A stretch of 64,000 nucleotides of DNA from Eledone cirrhosa (Eukaryota), in the NCBI GenBank assembly GCA_964016885.1, contig OZ024751.1, positions 13,206,001-13,270,000 of the forward strand, written 5' to 3'. The position numbers were made by a program, and so were the translations under genes. Below are positions 1 to 10,100 of the stretch, piece by piece; position 1 is the first letter of the stretch, and every line of letters begins with the position of its first letter. The notes below the pieces were generated by a model that saw only the letters and a list, made by a program, of their open reading frames with translations, did no database searches and was not told where the DNA came from.

Positions 1-795
1 GTAGTGGTGGTGGTTACAATGATGGAGGCAGTGGTGGTTGTTGGTGGTGGTAGTGGCGGTGGTGTCAGTGGTGGTGGTGATGTTGGTAGTGGTGGTGGTG
101 GTGGTGGTCGTGGTGGTGGTGTTGGCAGTGGTAGTGGTTGTGGTGGTGGTAGTGGTGGTAGTGATGGTGGTGGTGTCGGTGGTGGTTGTTGGTGGTGGCG
201 GTGGTGGTTGGTGGTAGTGGTGGTGGTTACAATGATGATGGCAGTGGTGGTTGTTGGTGGTGGTAGTGGCGGTGGTGTCAGTGGTGGTGGTGATGTTGGT
301 AGTGGTGGTGGTCGTGGTGGTCGTGGTGGTGGCAGTAGTGGTGGTGGTCGTGGTGGTGGTAGTGGTGGTAGTGATGGTGGTGGTGTCGGTGGTGGTTGTT
401 GGTGGTGGCGGTGGTTGGTGGTAGTGGTGGTGGTAGTGGTGGTGGTTAGAATGATGGTGGCAGTGGTGGTTGTTGGTGGTGGTGGTAGTGGCGGTGGTGT
501 CGGTGGTGGTGGTAGTCGTGGTCGTGGCAGTAGTGGTGGTGGTGGCAGTAGTGGTGTTGGTGTCGGTGGTGGTGTTGGTGGTGGTGGTGGTAGTTGGTGG
601 TGTTGGCGGTAGTAGTTGGTGGTGGTCGTGGCAGTGGTGGTAGTGGTGGTGGTGGCAGTGGTGGTGGTGGTAGTGGCGGTGGTGGCAGTGGCGGTGTTGG
701 TTGTGGAAGTGATGTTGATGGTGGTAGTGATGGTCGTGACAGTGGTGTTAGTGATGACAGTAGCAGTGGTGGTTGAGGCTGTGGTGGTGGTGGTA
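1..795. repeat. Degenerate (GGT)n low-complexity repeat with an internal ~210 bp duplication
   Basis: GGT/GTG triplets dominate; the block starting gtagtggtggtggttacaatgatg at 1 recurs at ~214. Confidence 0.9.
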
Positions 796-1173
796 TTTGA
801 TTATTAGCAGTAACTAGAAACGAGACTATTTCAATATATAAAGCAATCAATCAATTAACACATACACACACACATATTTATACATACACACACACACACA
901 CACATTTATACACACACACACACCCATTTATACACACACACACACACACATATATATATTTTTATATATAAACACACCCACACGTGTATGTGGAGTGGGA
1001 ACAAATGTACTTTGACTTATACTTTGTATTATCTGGCTAGTAAGTAGTTAACTTAGTATGTGTTTAACACTAAATTGTGTTAGTGTAGCAATTAAACCTT
1101 TGTGCCATTAAACTTATATTTACATAACAAAGTAGATCTATGTTCTTATAATTCCTGTTAATAATTCTCTTTC

Positions 1174-1828
1174 TCTCCGAATTGAGAGCTCACAGCCCCG
1201 ATACTATGGACGTGGTTAGAATGTCTCAGGAAAGAATCACTGGATGGTCATTCCAAGTAGAGCCGCTACTTCTCTGAATTTAGATATCACAGCTCTGATA
1301 CTATGGGCATGTTGTTAGAATGTTTCAGAAAAGAATCACTGGGAAGTCACTTCAGGTAGAGCCGCTACTTCTCTGAATTGAAAGATCACAGCTCCGATAC
1401 TATGGGCATGTGGTTAGAATGTCTCAGGAAAGAATCACTGGGAAGTCAATTCAGGTAGAGCCGTTACTTCTCTGAATTTGGAGGTCACAGCTCCGATACT
1501 ATGGGCATGTGGTTAGAATGTCTCAGGAAAGAATCACTGGGAAGTCACTCAAGGTAGAGCCGCTACTTCTCTGAATTTGGAGGTCACAGCTCCGATACTA
1601 TGGGCATGTGGTTAGAACGTCTCAGGAAAGAATCACTGGGAAGTCACTTCAGGTAGAGTCGCTACTTCTCTGAATTTGGAGGTCACAGCTCCGATACTAT
1701 GGGCATGTGGTTAGAATGTCTCAGGAAAGAATCACTGGGAAGTCTCTTCAGGTAGAGTCGCTACTTCTCTGAATTTAGAGATCACAGCTATGATACTATG
1801 GGCATGTGGTTAGAATATCTCAGGAATG
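1174..1828 (+). repeat. 99 bp tandem repeat (~6.6 copies) derived from the RTE ORF
   Basis: The motif agccgctact and variants occur at 1261, 1360, 1459, 1558, 1657 and 1756 (period 99). Confidence 0.95.
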
Positions 1829-2103
1829 AGTCGTTGGACAGATTTTACAGTCAAAACCAAGCGGCAGGAGACCCAGGGGTAGATGGTTAGATAACATCCA
1901 TGAGTTTGGTCGGTCTCACTCGAGGATCCAGCCGGAGTTGGTTGCTTCTGGCAGGACCCGATGGAAGAAGTGTTTGAGGATTCTGACTCCACGACCCTCT
2001 CACGAAGAAGAAGAAGAAGAAGAAGAAGAAGAAGAAGAAGAAGAAGAAGAAGAAGAAGAAGAAGAAGAAGAAGAAGAAGAAGAAGAAGAAGAAGAAGAAG
2101 AAG
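1174..2103 (+). mobile_element. 5'-truncated RTE-clade LINE (Rex3/Expander-like) 3' end with (GAA)n tail
   Basis: Encodes the RTE ORF C-terminal motif ..IERSQLRYYGHVVRMSQER..GRRPRGRWLDNIHE; followed by a (GAA)n tail at ~2004-2103; homologous to 27092-27534. Confidence 0.85.
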
Positions 2104-2815
2104 AGTCTTTCTACCCTACACAATTGGCAGAATCGATAGAACATCGAATAGAAGTCATTGGTGTATTTGTTCGTACTATCTGTACCTGAGGTTCAAATCT
2201 TGCTGAACACTAATTAGGGTCGATAAAGAAAGTATATGCCCAGTGATGATGCAGGCTTCATTCTCTCTTTCTCTCTCTCTCTTTCTGTCTCTCCTCAGTG
2301 TCTTTCTCTGTCTGTGTGTCTGTTTCTCGCTCTCTTTCTGTCTCTCCTCAGTGTCTTTCTCTGTCTGTGTGTCTGTTTCTCTCTCTCTCTCTCTCTCTCT
2401 CATCCCCCCTCTCTCTCTCTCCAGCTATCACTATCCTGTATGCTCCCTAGGTCAAGGCCTAGAGGATGGAGAGCATGTCCTTGTTTGCTCGTCACTTCCA
2501 CGAGCAATCTAATCTAAAACCCAATGCCAAAAGTTACCAAATCACCCTCGATTACAAGTGACGGCTGTAGTTTGCTCGTTTCCTGTGTTATTAAAAGAAA
2601 TATACGAAAATATGTGTTTATATTTAGTGATATTTTCACTGCAGAAATATTCTGAAACAGTTTCATGTACTCAGACAAATACTACGGGTTATTCAGTACA
2701 TTTAACCCTTTAGCATTTAAACCGGCTGTATCCGGCCAGAATTCACCTCTTCCTATTCAAACCGGCTGTAACCGGCCACTGACACTCATATTAAGATATT
2801 GTTCTCAAAATAAAT

Positions 2816-2994
2816 AATTGTTTCTACTTTTGGCACAAGGCCAGCAATTACGCAGTACATTACTGGTACTTTATTTTATCGACCCCGTAAGGATGAAAGG
2901 CAAAGTTAACGTCGACGGGATTTGAACTCAGACCGTAAAGGGACGTAACTATGCTAGAAAGCATGGCGTCAGACTCTCTACCGATACTGCCAAT
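2816..2994 (-). mobile_element. tRNA-derived SINE (octopus-type family A)
   Basis: Minus strand shows an A-box-like TGGCAGTATCGG, a B-box GAGTTCAAATCC, and the core GCCTTTCATCCTTACGGGGTCGATAAAATAAAGTACCAG. Confidence 0.9.
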
Positions 2995-3067
2995 TATCAA
3001 AATCTCATAGATTCGATATTATGTGAGATAATTATGTGAGATAAAGCCTTTAACCACCAAAATATAA

Positions 3068-3445
3068 TCCATACTAAAAAGCTGACGGCCGTATGTAAGT
3101 AACAAACTTTCCGCCAAGCAGCTGGACCAAACGGCACCAAATTTGCACCATAGATGTAACGTTTTCCAAGTAAGAAAGTGAGGGTATTTTTGTCTACTGA
3201 ATATTTTTAAAAAGATTAAAGACATTATTTAAATATTCACTTCTTTAAAATTTTCAAATGTCAACACTTCCGGTTATACGACATTCCTAACGTCTTCACG
3301 AACCAGAGTATCATCTTCCTGTTTTATTTCGCCTGCAACGCTTTTCAAAATATTTACTTCTGCGTTCACAGATTGATTTTTTTAGTTTCAGAAGATCCCG
3401 TTAAGGGTGAAAGCAGCGATTCTTTGCTTAAACTTTAATCTGTTA

Positions 3446-3485
<40 letters not shown>

Positions 3486-4732
3486 GATATATTCGTGTAC
3501 AGATATTTTTGCATATACAAAAACAAAATATAAACAAACGTATTTATTTCACGAAAGCACAGACGGCTTATCGTCATTGTTACTGACGATATGCCACCCA
3601 AAAAGTCCTAGCCTGGCCGAAGAAAAAATGTTACTAGAGCAACAGAGAGACTAAGCTTCACGATTGCCATCAACAAAGCTCAGGGTCAAACCCTAAAAGT
3701 GGCTGGCCTTCATCTGGGAAAACCATGGTCAATTGTATGTAGGATGTTCTAGAGTGAGCTCGCCAAACAATCTCTTCATCTTTGCTCTCGAGGGCCGAAC
3801 AAAAAATATAGTATACTCTGAGGCTCTAACAATGTAATTTATGTATTTTCTGTTACTTGGAATTTCCATTATGGTTGTACAAATTATTGTAAAGTTTGTT
3901 AAAAAAGTTGTTCTCTGTTCAACCTTTATTGTTGTAACTATCAATTTTCTTTAACGTACTGGCTGAGAAAAGAAACCTACAATGAAAGAAGATCTTAAAG
4001 TTTACCCAAGCCAAATGTTGTATTTATTAACATTTCTATCTGCAGGTTCTTAGCAAGCTTACTGGCGCTTTAGTATAGTATTCAATTCTCATATCGTTTT
4101 TGATTGATATGGTGCATATAGCGCACCTATTCATGTTTTAAACATTAGATAACGATTGCTGATGTATATTGTACGACAGAATTAGCTGAAAAATATTTTG
4201 AATGAACAAATAAAAGAGATATAAAAGAGAGATATTTGTTGGTTGGTTCCTTCGCGTATCACACAAAAAAAAAAACGGAAAATGACAATCGGAAAGTATG
4301 TACAGGATTGGGATAAGAGTATATCCAGGAAAGTTTATTGATACTAATTTTATGACACCAAAGAAGAAGAAAGACATACCACGTATGCTAACCAACCTGA
4401 CTGCTATTTCTAGCAGGTTGGGAATCAACCATAAGGGATTCTCTCTGCAAGTTCGTTGTCAGTGATGATCGTGTTTCGCATCCTGTCTCCGATTCCAACG
4501 GTGGTTTACACACACACACGCACGAACACTTACACAGGCACACACACACATACACACGAACACTCACACACACACACATATATATATACACAAACACACA
4601 CAAATATATACACACACACAGAGAATACAGAAACACTGTAAACAAGACAAAGCATTCAATACAGATATTTTCTCTTCTGCCGGTCTTCTCTTATCATTTG
4701 TTAACCTTAGTGAAGCTGGATACCTCAGCTAG
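3068..4732 (+). mobile_element. Non-autonomous Helitron
   Basis: 5' TC after host A (3068); 3' decayed hairpin plus CTAG before host T (4729-4732); no TSD; removing it restores the paralogous MITE sequence; contains a PIF1 helicase remnant. Confidence 0.85.
3648..3837 (+). pseudogene. Helitron RepHel PIF1-family helicase C-terminal remnant (frameshifted)
   Basis: Translates to RLSFTIAINKAQGQTLKVAGLHLGK/HGQLYVGCSRVSSPNNLFIFALEGRTKNIVYSEALTM*, matching helicase motifs V/VI (TINKSQGQTL; HGQLYVA.SRV) and the TKNIVY.EAL terminus. Confidence 0.9.
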
Positions 4733-4842
4733 TAGTAAATATAGAGTAATGTAAATGCTACAGAGTTTAAACTACACATATTTAAAACCCTATGGCTGAC
4801 TATGTGTGTATGGGTATTTATATGTATGTATGTGTTTATGTG

Positions 4843-5091
4843 CAGGGGCAGTGGAACTGGGGGGAGGACAGAGTGTGCCCTCCCCCATAATTATATTTTT
4901 TCCCCCAAACTACCAAAACACACAACTATTTCTATATGCGTTACAATTTATGTATATGTTATGTTTATCACATATCGAAGATTTTTATATGTTGGTTGAT
5001 ATTTGATAATAACAGTTGAACTAATCACTACAACTAAATTAACCAAATTTGGCCCTCCCACCCCATTTCAGGAATGCTTCCACTGCCCTTG
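4843..5091. mobile_element. hAT-like MITE
   Basis: TIRs CAGGGGCAGTGGAA / TTCCACTGCCCTTG; TSD not clear. Confidence 0.6.
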
Positions 5092-5159
5092 ATGTATATC
5101 TATGTACTTAAGTGAATGAGTGTTTATATGTATCTATGGGTATTTATGTGTATGCATGT

Positions 5160-5245
5160 ACGAACGTCGGCTGAAAATGTCATAGGCTGATCAAGATACT
5201 CTCATGGAATGACCAAATGAGGTTTATTTTTCAACAATGTTCCCG
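5160..5245 (+). mobile_element. Probable mariner-type TIR fragment
   Basis: TACGAACGTCGGCTGAAAATGTCATAGGCTGA resembles mariner TA-CGAGGG..GAAAAGT ends; only one end seen. Confidence 0.4.
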
Positions 5246-5332
5246 GGAAGAAACAATACAGTTATTAACAAGATTTGAAATTAAAACATCCAAAATTCCA
5301 CAGTTCAAGCATCACTACTATATATATATATA

Positions 5333-5697
5333 TCGATAAGGATAAATATATATCAAATATATAAGAACCGTAGAGCAAATATTTATTAAAATAACAGATT
5401 AAAGTTTAAGCAAAGAATCGCTGCTTTCACTCTTAATGGGATCTTCTGAAACTAACAAAGTCAATCTGTAAACGCAGAAGTGGATATTTCAAAAAACATT
5501 GCAACCGGAGGAAGACAGGAAGACGATACTTTGGTTCGTGGAAACGTTCCCTGGCAAAGAACGGGAAAAAACGAATATAATACGTCATTAATAGGAGCGG
5601 TGAAAAACAATTACACGCAAAGACAGAACCACGTTAGTTTCAGAAGATCCCGTTAAGGGTGAAAGCAGCGATTCTTTGCTTAAACTTTAATCTGTTA

Positions 5698-5705
<8 letters not shown>
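5333..5705. mobile_element. Rearranged Helitron-family fragment with an internal inverted repeat
   Basis: 5333-5380 matches the Helitron subterminal sequence at 40023-40070; ~5385-5548 is the reverse complement of ~3290-3452; ~5635-5703 is inverted relative to ~5385-5455. Confidence 0.65.
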
Positions 5706-5756
<51 letters not shown>

Positions 5757-5835
5757 GAGATGAGCAGAACAAGTAAACATTAAACAATCTTTTAAATAAA
5801 TTAAAATACGATTTAAATATTCACCTGTTCAAAAT

Positions 5836-5914
5836 GCTATTACCGACGGTTTCGCTTCACAAAAGATTGGAAATCCAGAGAATTTCCAACGGAAGGATCA
5901 GCTCTTCAGATAGC
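5836..5914 (-). ncRNA. Minimal type I hammerhead ribozyme (PLE-type)
   Basis: Minus strand: GCTAT CTGAAGA GCT..AGC GAAA CCGTCGG TA ATAGC; intact core, 5 bp stem I, palindromic short stem III. Confidence 0.75.
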
Positions 5915-6506
5915 TATTTCCATTCTATAGGACGTAAAGTCTCACAGTTTGTAAATATATCACTTACTGTCCGATAGTATGAGGTCAAGCCGTTAAAGTG
6001 ACCCACACATAAACAGGCCGTTAGTAAAAGCGGGAATATTATAGACTTGTTGTTTGCCACGCCACTAAAAATAGCAGCAAATAGCAGCAATCTTTTGTGA
6101 AGCGAAACCGTCGGTAATAGCATTTTGAACAGGTAATAACATTTATTTAAAAGTTTGTTTAATGTTTGCTTGTTCTGCTTATCTCAATTTTATAGTTCTG
6201 GTATCTCAAACTAGTACCATTGAACACCAAATGTATTATAGATACCCTATATATTTCCGTAGGTACTTAGTACCTGTGGTAATATTAATCTCATTTTATG
6301 TATATTCTCCCTGTCTGTAGAGAAAAAAAATCGTTGTACCTTGCTGCTATTTTTAGTGGCGTGGCAAACAACAAGTGTATAATATTCCCACTTTTACTAA
6401 CGGCCTGTTTATGTGTGGGTCACTTTAACGGCTTGACCTCATACTATCGGGCAGTAAGCGATATATTTACAAACTGTGAGACTTTACGTCCTATAGAATG
6501 GAAATA

Positions 6507-6585
6507 GCTCTCTGAAGAGCTGATCCTTCCGTTGGAAATTCTCTGGATTTCCAATCTTTTGTGAAGCGAAACCGTCGGTAATAGC
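6507..6585 (+). ncRNA. Minimal type I hammerhead ribozyme (second arm)
   Basis: GCTCT CTGAAGA GCT..AGC GAAA CCGTCGG TA ATAGC; one stem I mismatch. Confidence 0.7.
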
Positions 6586-6793
6586 ATTTTGAACAGGTGA
6601 ATATTTAAATCGTATTTTAATTTATTTAAAAGATTGTTTAATGTTTACTTGTTCTGCTCATCTCAATTTTATAGTTCTGGTATCTCAAAGTAGTACCACT
6701 GAATAACAAATGTATTATAGACACCCTATATATTTCCGTAGGTACTTAGTACCTGTGGGAATATTAATCTCATTTTATGTATATATATATATA

Positions 6794-7128
6794 TAGTTGT
6801 CCCCCGTTATTCACGGGTGTTACGTTGCTAGAACACCCGCGAACAGTGAAAATCCGCAAATATTGGACTTTGTCTATAAAAATGCCTATAAACTTCAAAA
6901 TATAACGTACCATTTAATATAAAAAAAGGGACCGTCTTATGCGAAGGAGCGACCAATAGGAGGACAAAAACTGTATATTGCTATAAATAATTTAGCGTTA
7001 ATATATATATAGCCACGAAAAAAAAACATTTAAAAAATCGCGGAAGAATTATTAGTTAGATTCTAAGAAAAATTCAGCGAATAACCGGGACCACGAATAT
7101 CGGGACCGCAAATGCCGGGAGTGCATTG
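6794..7128. mobile_element. Tigger/pogo-type MITE in (TA)n
   Basis: Decayed TIRs TAGTTGTCCCCCGTTATTCACGG / CCGCAAATGCCGGGAGTGCATTG; internal CGCGAA/CACGAATA subrepeats; TA flanks. Confidence 0.65.
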
Positions 7129-7144
7129 TATATATATATATATA

Positions 7145-10100
7145 TAAACTCCATTCCACTTATTCTAGTAGGCTTTTATATTTATATGTGAGCTGATAGA
7201 GTACTGTCTAAGGATTTACAGAAACCCATGAAGCTAGATTTAACACCTTTCTAGTGGGTCCGGGTATGATTTTACATTCATTTAAATTATTGACGTATTG
7301 TTTTATTGATATTTTTTATCTGTTTGGCCCGAATCTTCCTTTATCGATTTTAAATCGTATGGTTGATTGTAGACTTGTTCTATATGTGACGGTATTTTAA
7401 CGATAGTTATAGCTCTGATTCATCTGAATTATTGAGCCCTCTGCCGCTCATATCGGATTTCGTTTTTCGTTAACTCGTGCGCCGATTTTTCGATACTCGA
7501 TCTTTCTAATATATTTAGCTCTGGACATAGCTATCCACCAGTTAATTTTATTGCTCATATTTTGTCGATTCTATTGAGTGATGAATAGCTTTTGTTTTAT
7601 TTTAACATGTCTATTGAGCACTCTAATTCGATATGTGTATTTCCACATTCACTCGAATTATTTTCGCGGATATAGGGGTCATCTCCCTTGTCTAATGCCA
7701 TGTGCGTTTTTCACCGCTAGTTGACTCCTTTGCCGCCAGGATAAAACTCGTTGACGACGTAAACTCCATTCCACTTATTCTAGTAGGCTTTTATATTTAT
7801 ATGTGAGCTGATAGAGTACTGTCTAAGGATTTACAGAAACCCATGAAGCTAGATTTAACACCTTTCTAGTGGGTCCGGGTATGATTTTACATTCATTTAA
7901 ATTATTGACGTATTGTTTTATTGATATTTTTTATCTGTTTGGCCCGAATCTTCCTTTATCGATTTTAAATCGTATGGTTGATTGTAGACTTGTTCTATAT
8001 GTGACGGTATTTTAACGATAGTTATAGCTCTGATTCATCTGAATTATTGAGCCCTCTGCCGCTCATATCGGATTTCGTTTTTCGTTAACTCGTGCGCCGA
8101 TTTTTCGATACTCGATCTTTCTAATATATTTAGCTCTGGACATAGCTATCCACCAGTTAATTTTATTGCTCATATTTTGTCGATTCTATTGAGTGATGAA
8201 TAGCTTTTGTTTTATTTTAACATGTCTATTGAGCACTCTAATTCGATATGTGTATTTCCACATTCACTCGAATTATTTTCGCGGATATAGGGGTCATCTC
8301 CCTTGTCTAATGCCATGTGCGTTTTTCACCGCTAGTTGACTCCTTTGCCGCCAGGATAAAACTCGTTGACGACGTAAACTCCATTCCACTTATTCTAGTA
8401 GGCTTTTATATTTATATGTGAGCTGATAGAGTACTGTCTAAGGATTTACAGAAACCCATGAAGCTAGATTTAACACCTTTCTAGTGGGTCCGGGTATGAT
8501 TTTACATTCATTTAAATTATTGACGTATTGTTTTATTGATATTTTTTATCTGTTTGGCCCGAATCTTCCTTTATCGATTTTAAATCGTATGGTTGATTGT
8601 AGACTTGTTCTATATGTGACGGTATTTTAACGATAGTTATAGCTCTGATTCATCTGAATTATTGAGCCCTCTGCCGCTCATATCGGATTTCGTTTTTCGT
8701 TAACTCGTGCGCCGATTTTTCGATACTCGATCTTTCTAATATATTTAGCTCTGGACATAGCTATCCACCAGTTAATTTTATTGCTCATATTTTGTCGATT
8801 CTATTGAGTGATGAATAGCTTTTGTTTTATTTTAACATGTCTATTGAGCACTCTAATTCGATATGTGTATTTCCACATTCACTCGAATTATTTTCGCGGA
8901 TATAGGGGTCATCTCCCTTGTCTAATGCCATGTGCGTTTTTCACCGCTAGTTGACTCCTTTGCCGCCAGGATAAAACTCGTTGACGACGTAAACTCCATT
9001 CCACTTATTCTAGTAGGCTTTTATATTTATATGTGAGCTGATAGAGTACTGTCTAAGGATTTACAGAAACCCATGAAGCTAGATTTAACACCTTTCTAGT
9101 GGGTCCGGGTATGATTTTACATTCATTTAAATTATTGACGTATTGTTTTATTGATATTTTTTATCTGTTTGGCCCGAATCTTCCTTTATCGATTTTAAAT
9201 CGTATGGTTGATTGTAGACTTGTTCTATATGTGACGGTATTTTAACGATAGTTATAGCTCTGATTCATCTGAATTATTGAGCCCTCTGCCGCTCATATCG
9301 GATTTCGTTTTTCGTTAACTCGTGCGCCGATTTTTCGATACTCGATCTTTCTAATATATTTAGCTCTGGACATAGCTATCCACCAGTTAATTTTATTGCT
9401 CATATTTTGTCGATTCTATTGAGTGATGAATAGCTTTTGTTTTATTTTAACATGTCTATTGAGCACTCTAATTCGATATGTGTATTTCCACATTCACTCG
9501 AATTATTTTCGCGGATATAGGGGTCATCTCCCTTGTCTAATGCCATGTGCGTTTTTCACCGCTAGTTGACTCCTTTGCCGCCAGGATAAAACTCGTTGAC
9601 GACGTAAACTCCATTCCACTTATTCTAGTAGGCTTTTATATTTATATGTGAGCTGATAGAGTACTGTCTAAGGATTTACAGAAACCCATGAAGCTAGATT
9701 TAACACCTTTCTAGTGGGTCCGGGTATGATTTTACATTCATTTAAATTATTGACGTATTGTTTTATTGATATTTTTTATCTGTTTGGCCCGAATCTTCCT
9801 TTATCGATTTTAAATCGTATGGTTGATTGTAGACTTGTTCTATATGTGACGGTATTTTAACGATAGTTATAGCTCTGATTCATCTGAATTATTGAGCCCT
9901 CTGCCGCTCATATCGGATTTCGTTTTTCGTTAACTCGTGCGCCGATTTTTCGATACTCGATCTTTCTAATATATTTAGCTCTGGACATAGCTATCCACCA
10001 GTTAATTTTATTGCTCATATTTTGTCGATTCTATTGAGTGATGAATAGCTTTTGTTTTATTTTAACATGTCTATTGAGCACTCTAATTCGATATGTGTAT

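Larger units (their letters stand above)
2702..4770 (+). mobile_element. piggyBac-type MITE (TTAA ends) interrupted by a SINE and a Helitron
   Basis: Starts TTAA-CCCTTTAGCATTT and ends AAATGCTACAGAGT-TTAA; collinear with the uninterrupted copy at 14381-14606 and the inverted copy at 34199-34586. Confidence 0.8.
5753..6790. mobile_element. Penelope-like (PLE) pLTR fold-back element in (TA)n
   Basis: Inverted arms 5753-6080 / 6341-6668 (~330 bp); direct repeat ~6088-6300 / ~6553-6780; hammerhead motif in each arm; flanked by (TA)n. Confidence 0.75.

Noticed and set aside
5914-6507. Two near-identical 69 aa ORFs on opposite strands
   Set aside because: By-product of the inverted repeat arms; no recognisable protein motif
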